DNA from: Capsulimonadaceae bacterium
GTDB taxonomy: Bacteria; Armatimonadota; Armatimonadia; Armatimonadales; Capsulimonadaceae
Length of the DNA: 64,000 bases
Direction of reading: 5' to 3'
Assembly (NCBI GenBank): GCA_965215505.1
Contig: OZ244065.1
Span: forward strand, 2,240,001 to 2,304,000
Made by a program: the position numbers and the translations under genes. A model generated the notes under the pieces. That model was not told the origin of the DNA. It was given only the letters and a program-made list of their open reading frames with translations, and did not search any database. Of this stretch, positions 58,905-64,000 are shown one piece after another. Numbering within the stretch: the first letter of the stretch is position 1; each line of letters begins with the position of its first letter.

Positions 58905-60911
58905 CTACGTCCCCAGCGCCTCCGCCTCGGCGACCGCCTGCTCCCAGGCGCTCAGGGCAGCCAGCAGGTCGTCTTGCAGGCGCGTGTGTTCGGCGGCGAG
59001 CGAAACCATGTCGGCGACGGTGTCGGACGGGCGGGCAAGCCGGGCCTCGACCTCCCCGATGCGCGTCTCCGTCGCGTTGACGGCGCTCTCCGTCGTCAGG
59101 ACGCGCTCGCGCGCCCGGACGCGGGCTTTGCTGAGGTCGCGGGCGTTCATCGCCGGCGCGGCGGGCGGGGCCGTGCCGTTTGTTCCGTTCGCTTTGCCGA
59201 TTCCATTGGTCTTAACGGGAGCGGCAGCGGCCTTCACGGGCGCGGGCAGCGGGACGGCCTTGCGCGCCAGGGTCTTCGACGGGGCGGGCGCAGGTGCCCG
59301 CTGCGCCTCGCGCCAGGCATTGTAGTTGCCTTCAAACAGGGTGCCCTGCCCCGTCCCCGACAGCGCCAGCGTCTTGGTCGTCGTCGCGTTCAGGAGGTAG
59401 CGGTCGTGGGAGATCAGCAGCAGAGTCCCTTCGTACCGGGCCAGCATCTCGGTCAGCACCTCGCAGCTCGCGATGTCCAGGTGGTTCGTCGGTTCATCCA
59501 GGATCAGCAGGTTGCACGGCTCCAGGATCATGCGGGCCAAGGCCAGCTTGTTCTTCTCGCCGCCCGAAAGCATGCCGACGCCCTTGAACACGTCGTCGCC
59601 GGTGAACAGGAACCGGGCCAGATAGTTGCGCGCCTCGGTCTCGGTCATGTCGGCGGCGTCCAGGATCGAGTCGAGGACGCTGAGGTCCGGGCGCAGGCCG
59701 TCGGCGGCGTGCTGGGAGAAGTAGGCGACGCGGGCGTTGTGGCCCAGGCCGACCGACCCGCGCGTCGGCTGCTCCATGCCCAGAATCAGCTTCACCAGGG
59801 TCGTCTTGCCCGCCCCGTTCGGGCCGACAAGTCCGACGCGCTCGCCGCGCTCGATCAGAAAGTTCAGGTCGTCGAACAACGTCCGCTCGCCGAAGGTCTT
59901 GGTCAGGGCCTCGGCCCGCAGGACGTCCCGCCCGATGCGGCCCGCCGAGTCGGCGTCGAAGAGGGCGCGGACGTTGCGATTGTCGGTGTAGACCCGGTCC
60001 ACCTTGTCCATGCGCTCGATGCGCGTCTCCATGCGCGCCCGCAGCTTGCTCTGGACCGAGTCGCCCCCCATGTTCTTCTTGATGACGGCTTCCAGGCGGG
60101 CGATCTCCGCCTGCTGCTGGTCGTACATGTCCTGCTGCCGGGCCAGCCGCTCGTCCTTCTGCCGCCGGAAGTGGCTGTAGTTGCCCTTGAAGACGGTCAG
60201 CCGCTGGTTCTCTAGGTCGCCGATCGTGTCGGCCACGGCGTCCAGGAAATACCGGTCGTGGCTGACCAACAGGATGGCGCCCTCGTAGCTCTTCAGGAAG
60301 CCTTCCAGCCACTCGGTCGCGGCGATGTCCAGGTGGTTCGTCGGTTCGTCCAAGATCAGCAGATCGGGCCGGGCGAGGACGATCTTCGCCAGGGCCAGCC
60401 GCGTCTGCTCACCGCCCGAACACGACCCGACGCGCTTGCCGAAGTCGGCGGCGGTGAAGCCCAGCTTCTCCAGGACTAGTGGGATGTCCGCCTCGATGCG
60501 GTAGCCGCCCGCCGCCTCGAACGCCTCGCGGGCGTGGGAGTAGGACTCCATCGCCGTTTCCAGGGTCTCATCGGTGGCGGCCGACGACATGGCCTCCTCC
60601 CACTTCTGCACCTCGGCTTCCAGGGCGCGCACGCCCAGGAACACGGACTGCGCTTCCTCCAGGATGGTGTGTTCGGGATGGACCGGTGCCTCCTGCCGCA
60701 GATAGCCGAGGCTGTGCCCCGCGGCCAGGGCGGCCTTGCCGGTGTCCGGCAGCTCCTGCCCCAGCAGGATTCGGAGCAGGGTGGTCTTGCCGCAGCCGTT
60801 GCGCCCGACTAGGCCCATCTTCTGCCCGGCGGCGACGCTGAAATTGATTTCCTGGAACAGAAGGTCCGTCCCGTAACTTTTTTCTAGATTGGTGACCGTC
60901 AGGATGCTCAT
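58905..60911 (-). CDS. ABC-F family ATPase
   Basis: Two ABC domains (GRNGCGKT, GPNGAGKT, LDEPTNHLD x2), no TM helices, C-terminal coiled coil. Confidence 0.95.
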   Translation of the reverse strand: MSILTVTNLEKSYGTDLLFQEINFSVAAGQKMGLVGRNGCGKTTLLRILLGQELPDTGKAALAAGHSLGYLRQEAPVHPEHTILEEAQSVFLGVRALEAEVQKWEEAMSSAATDETLETAMESYSHAREAFEAAGGYRIEADIPLVLEKLGFTAADFGKRVGSCSGGEQTRLALAKIVLARPDLLILDEPTNHLDIAATEWLEGFLKSYEGAILLVSHDRYFLDAVADTIGDLENQRLTVFKGNYSHFRRQKDERLARQQDMYDQQQAEIARLEAVIKKNMGGDSVQSKLRARMETRIERMDKVDRVYTDNRNVRALFDADSAGRIGRDVLRAEALTKTFGERTLFDDLNFLIERGERVGLVGPNGAGKTTLVKLILGMEQPTRGSVGLGHNARVAYFSQHAADGLRPDLSVLDSILDAADMTETEARNYLARFLFTGDDVFKGVGMLSGGEKNKLALARMILEPCNLLILDEPTNHLDIASCEVLTEMLARYEGTLLLISHDRYLLNATTTKTLALSGTGQGTLFEGNYNAWREAQRAPAPAPSKTLARKAVPLPAPVKAAAAPVKTNGIGKANGTNGTAPPAAPAMNARDLSKARVRARERVLTTESAVNATETRIGEVEARLARPSDTVADMVSLAAEHTRLQDDLLAALSAWEQAVAEAEALGT

Positions 60912-61027
60912 GGTTGGTACTTGATTCGCCTTGAAAACGCCCTCTATTGTAGCCGAGGGAGGCGGGGGGTGTCAAGGCGCGGCGCAGCAGCAGGAACCCA
61001 CCTGCTCCCCGGCGCGTTAGACAAGGC

Positions 61028-62155
61028 ATGACACTCTTCAGGGTCCTCCTGGGCCTGCTCGGCCTGTTCCTCGTGCTGCTCATTATCTGGGAGGGCTTTG
61101 AAACTATTATCCTGCCCCGCAGCGTCACCCGGCAGCTCCGGCTGACGCGCGGGTTCTATCTCGCGCTCTGGCCGTCCTCGGCGGCCATCGCGAAGCGCCT
61201 GCCCACGGACCGGCGGCAGCTCTTCCTCAGCTACTTCGGGCCGCTCTCCCTGCCCCTGCTGCTGGTCCTCTGGGCGCTGGCCCTGGTGGTCGGCTTCGCC
61301 CTGATTCAGTTCTCCCTCCCCTTCGGGCTGAACCGCGTGCCGGGGATGAACCGACTCGGGACGGCCCTGTACCAGAGCGGCGTGACTTTCTTCACGCTGG
61401 GCTACGGGGACGTGACGCCGCACACCAACCTCTCACGCCTGTTCGCCGTCGCCGAGGCCGGGGTCGGATTTGCCTTCCTCGCCGTCGTCATCGGGTATCT
61501 GCCCGTGCTGTACCAGGCGTTCTCGCGGCGCGAGTCCATTATCTCCCTGCTCGACGCCCGCGCCTCCTCGCCCCCCTCGGCGGCCGAGATGCTGCGGCGT
61601 CACGGCGAGGGACACCGCATGGCCTCGCTGACGGCCCTCCTGGCGGACTGGGAGGTCTGGGCGTCCGAAGTCTTGGAAAGCCACCTCTCCTACCCCGTCC
61701 TGACTTACTACCGCTCCCAGCACGACCACCAATCCTGGCTGGGCGCGCTGACGGCGATCATGGACACCTGCTCCCTGCTCATCGTCGGCTTCGCGGGCGA
61801 CCCGGAGTGGCAGGACGAGCTGCGCTGGCAGGCGCGGATGACCCTGGCGATGTGCCGCCACACCGTCATCGACCTGGCCTACGTTTTCAACCGCGCCCCG
61901 GACACGTCGGCCCCGGACCGACTGCCGCCGGCTGACCTCCTCACCCTGCGCCAGACGCTCGCCCGCGCCGGCCTGCCGCTCTGCGACGGCCCCGAGGACG
62001 ACGTCAAGCTCGCCGAGCTGCGCGCGCTGTATGAGCCGTATGTCACCGGGCTGGGCAGTTTCCTGATGTTCTCCCTCCCGCCCTGGCTGCCGGACCCGGA
62101 CACGCCGGACAACTGGCAGACGAGCGCCTGGGACCGCGACACGAGGCACTTCTAA
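61028..62155 (+). CDS. Potassium channel family protein
   Basis: TFFTLGYGD filter; HLSYPVLTYYRS. Confidence 0.9.
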   Translation: MTLFRVLLGLLGLFLVLLIIWEGFETIILPRSVTRQLRLTRGFYLALWPSSAAIAKRLPTDRRQLFLSYFGPLSLPLLLVLWALALVVGFALIQFSLPFGLNRVPGMNRLGTALYQSGVTFFTLGYGDVTPHTNLSRLFAVAEAGVGFAFLAVVIGYLPVLYQAFSRRESIISLLDARASSPPSAAEMLRRHGEGHRMASLTALLADWEVWASEVLESHLSYPVLTYYRSQHDHQSWLGALTAIMDTCSLLIVGFAGDPEWQDELRWQARMTLAMCRHTVIDLAYVFNRAPDTSAPDRLPPADLLTLRQTLARAGLPLCDGPEDDVKLAELRALYEPYVTGLGSFLMFSLPPWLPDPDTPDNWQTSAWDRDTRHF

Positions 62156-62158
62156 GCC

Positions 62159-62686
62159 ATGCCGCAAGCAGCCATGCCGCAGGAGAAACAGGGGTGGGAT
62201 ACGCGCGCCTGGCTGGTCGGCATCCTCGGCGGCGCGGTCGGGGGGAGCATAACGGCCTGGGCCACCTATTCACCGTTCGTGAAACCTATTAATGCGGCCC
62301 TTCATTCCGCCAATGGGTCCAGTTGGGTATGTGGATGTGCCGGCGTTTTGAGCCTCCTGGTGCTGCCCGGCGTTGTGAGCGGCATTTCCCGGCGGCGGAC
62401 GTTCTTGTGGGGCGCACTCCCGCTCGTGCTTTTCCTTATTGCCACTGACGTGCAGGATTGGGTGGGATTCGGGGCGAGCCACGTCGCACAGGAGTTTTGG
62501 GTGACTCTGCTCGTCATCGGCGGCTGCCTGCTGGTCTCCTCCGGCCCCGTCTCGGCCATCCGCTACGGGCGCGTCCGCGCACGACGCAGGCGGGAGGCAG
62601 CGGTCGCCGCCCTTGCCGCACAGCGCGAAGCGGCCTCCATACCGCAAGAGGGCATCTGGCCGCCGCCGCCGGACTACCGGAAATAG
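62159..62686 (+). CDS. 4-TM membrane protein with EGIWPPPP tail
   Basis: Four hydrophobic segments. Confidence 0.7.
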   Translation: MPQAAMPQEKQGWDTRAWLVGILGGAVGGSITAWATYSPFVKPINAALHSANGSSWVCGCAGVLSLLVLPGVVSGISRRRTFLWGALPLVLFLIATDVQDWVGFGASHVAQEFWVTLLVIGGCLLVSSGPVSAIRYGRVRARRRREAAVAALAAQREAASIPQEGIWPPPPDYRK

Positions 62687-62720
62687 GAGGGCGCAGGATG
62701 AGAAAAAGGCACATGGCAGG

Positions 62721-62787
62721 AGGGCGCGGCAAGCGGCACCCCTACAGCCTTGTACCTGAATCGTAGGGGCGCCGCTTGCCGCGCCCT
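62721..62787. repeat. REP family A inverted doublet
   Basis: Copies at 62721-62745 and 62763-62787. Confidence 0.85.
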
Positions 62788-62854
62788 CTTTCCTAATCCA
62801 CCCGCGTACCCACCCGCTCGGCCCGTCGGGTGCATGTGCTATAATCAGGAATCC

Positions 62855-63454
62855 ATGAACCAGCCACCGAAAATCGCGGTCGTCGCCATGCAGGGCGACT
62901 TCCAGAAACACATTGACATGCTGACCCGGCTCGGGGCGGACGCCTACCCCGCCCGGACGCCCGGCGACATCGCACGGGCGGACGGGGTCATCCTGCCCGG
63001 CGGCGAGAGTACCACCATCGGCAAGCTGCTGGCCCGCTACGGCGTGGACGAAGCCATCCGGGAGTCGTCGGCCCAAGGCAAACCGATCTACGGCACCTGC
63101 GCGGGGCTGATCCTGCTGGCGCGCGGGATCGCCGAGGGGACCGGCGAGCGCGGCGGGCAGCCGACCCTGGGCCTGCTGGACGCCGTGGTCGCCCGCAACG
63201 CCTTCGGGCGGCAGGTGGACTCGTTCGAGACGGCCCTGGACATCCCCGCCCTGGGGCCGGACCCGCTGCGGGCGGTCTTCATCCGCGCCCCGTATGTCGC
63301 CGAGGCGGGGCCGAACGTCGAGACGCTGGCGACCTACGACGGTAAGACGGTCTTCGTCCGCCAGGGGACCATTTTAGGCAGCGCCTTCCACCCGGAGCTG
63401 ACCGACGACGACAGGCCGCACCGGCTGTTCCTGTCACTCGTGAAGCCCCGATGA
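62855..63454 (+). CDS. pdxT: PLP synthase glutaminase subunit
   Basis: LPGGEST, GTCAG, RNAFGRQ, FIRAP and FHPEL motifs. Confidence 0.97.
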   Translation: MNQPPKIAVVAMQGDFQKHIDMLTRLGADAYPARTPGDIARADGVILPGGESTTIGKLLARYGVDEAIRESSAQGKPIYGTCAGLILLARGIAEGTGERGGQPTLGLLDAVVARNAFGRQVDSFETALDIPALGPDPLRAVFIRAPYVAEAGPNVETLATYDGKTVFVRQGTILGSAFHPELTDDDRPHRLFLSLVKPR

Positions 63455-64000
63455 AGAACCGCCGATGGCTGGGAGTAGTAGCCGCCGCCCTGTGCCTGCT
63501 GGGCCTGCTGGCGTTCTGGCTCCGGCCCGGCCACACCCGCGCCGCCGAGAAGAAGGCGGACGCGCCGCTGAGGCTGCTCTGGACGCGGCCCATCGCCGGA
63601 TTCCGGGGGGCGGCGCTCTCGCCGCAGGGGGAGCTAGTCGCCCTCTCCAGCGGGGCCAAGGGGGCAGTCTCGCTCTGGCACTGGCGCACCCAGCCCGACC
63701 GGCCGCTTTGGGTGCATGCGGCCACCAACGCCTCGTCCGTGGACGTAAGCGCGGCCGGCTCCTTCGTGGTCGCCTGGGCACCGCTGGACCCGGCCCAGCC
63801 CGAACTCACCGTGCTGCGCGGCGATGACGGAGCGACGCTGTCGCACCGGACACTCGACGGCGCGGTGTGGGACGCCCAGCTTTCCGCCGACGGCACCTAT
63901 GCGGGCGTGGTCACGGGCGGCAAGTCGCTGTGGCTGTACACGCTCAGTGACCAGCCGTACCGGCCTGGGAAGGCTGAGAAGCGCATCCGCCAGTGGTCGT
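63451..64000 (+). CDS. WD40-like beta-propeller protein (3' partial)
   Basis: ATG overlaps the pdxT stop; signal peptide; LSPQGE and LSADGT repeats; open to the window edge. Confidence 0.7.
   Translation, partial: MKNRRWLGVVAAALCLLGLLAFWLRPGHTRAAEKKADAPLRLLWTRPIAGFRGAALSPQGELVALSSGAKGAVSLWHWRTQPDRPLWVHAATNASSVDVSAAGSFVVAWAPLDPAQPELTVLRGDDGATLSHRTLDGAVWDAQLSADGTYAGVVTGGKSLWLYTLSDQPYRPGKAEKRIRQWS

Overview
A GC-rich bacterial chromosome segment, densely coding, with about 68 CDS and 3 tRNAs (Ile2-CAT, Cys-GCA, Gly-CCC). Gene content suggests Armatimonadota (Capsulimonas-like): a Firmicutes-type cdaA-cdaR-glmM operon alongside an outer-membrane barrel and a cyanobacterial-type Hfq. This assignment is inference only. 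Core genes are mutL, hisG, glmM, cdaAR, mreBCD, ligA, pdxT, acyP and a cyclophilin. Accessory content includes a galactonate-type sugar-acid operon with a putative new glycoside hydrolase and a VapBC-type pair. I see no CRISPR array, integrase, transposase or rRNA. The best candidates for undescribed systems are: (i) a BlaI plus BlaR1/M56 protease whose sensor is a HAF-repeat propeller, followed by two more HAF proteins, with an operator over the -35 box; (ii) a cluster of a FadL-like barrel, a cyclase-STAND-TPR protein, a fatty-acyl O-methyltransferase and a fatty-acid hydroxylase; (iii) a ~60-nt RNA bounded by a perfect promoter and a terminator. About five families of REP-like palindromes occur, one copy in-frame inside mutL. 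Short tandem duplications recur at gene starts and stops. All product calls come from motif recognition by eye, not database searches.
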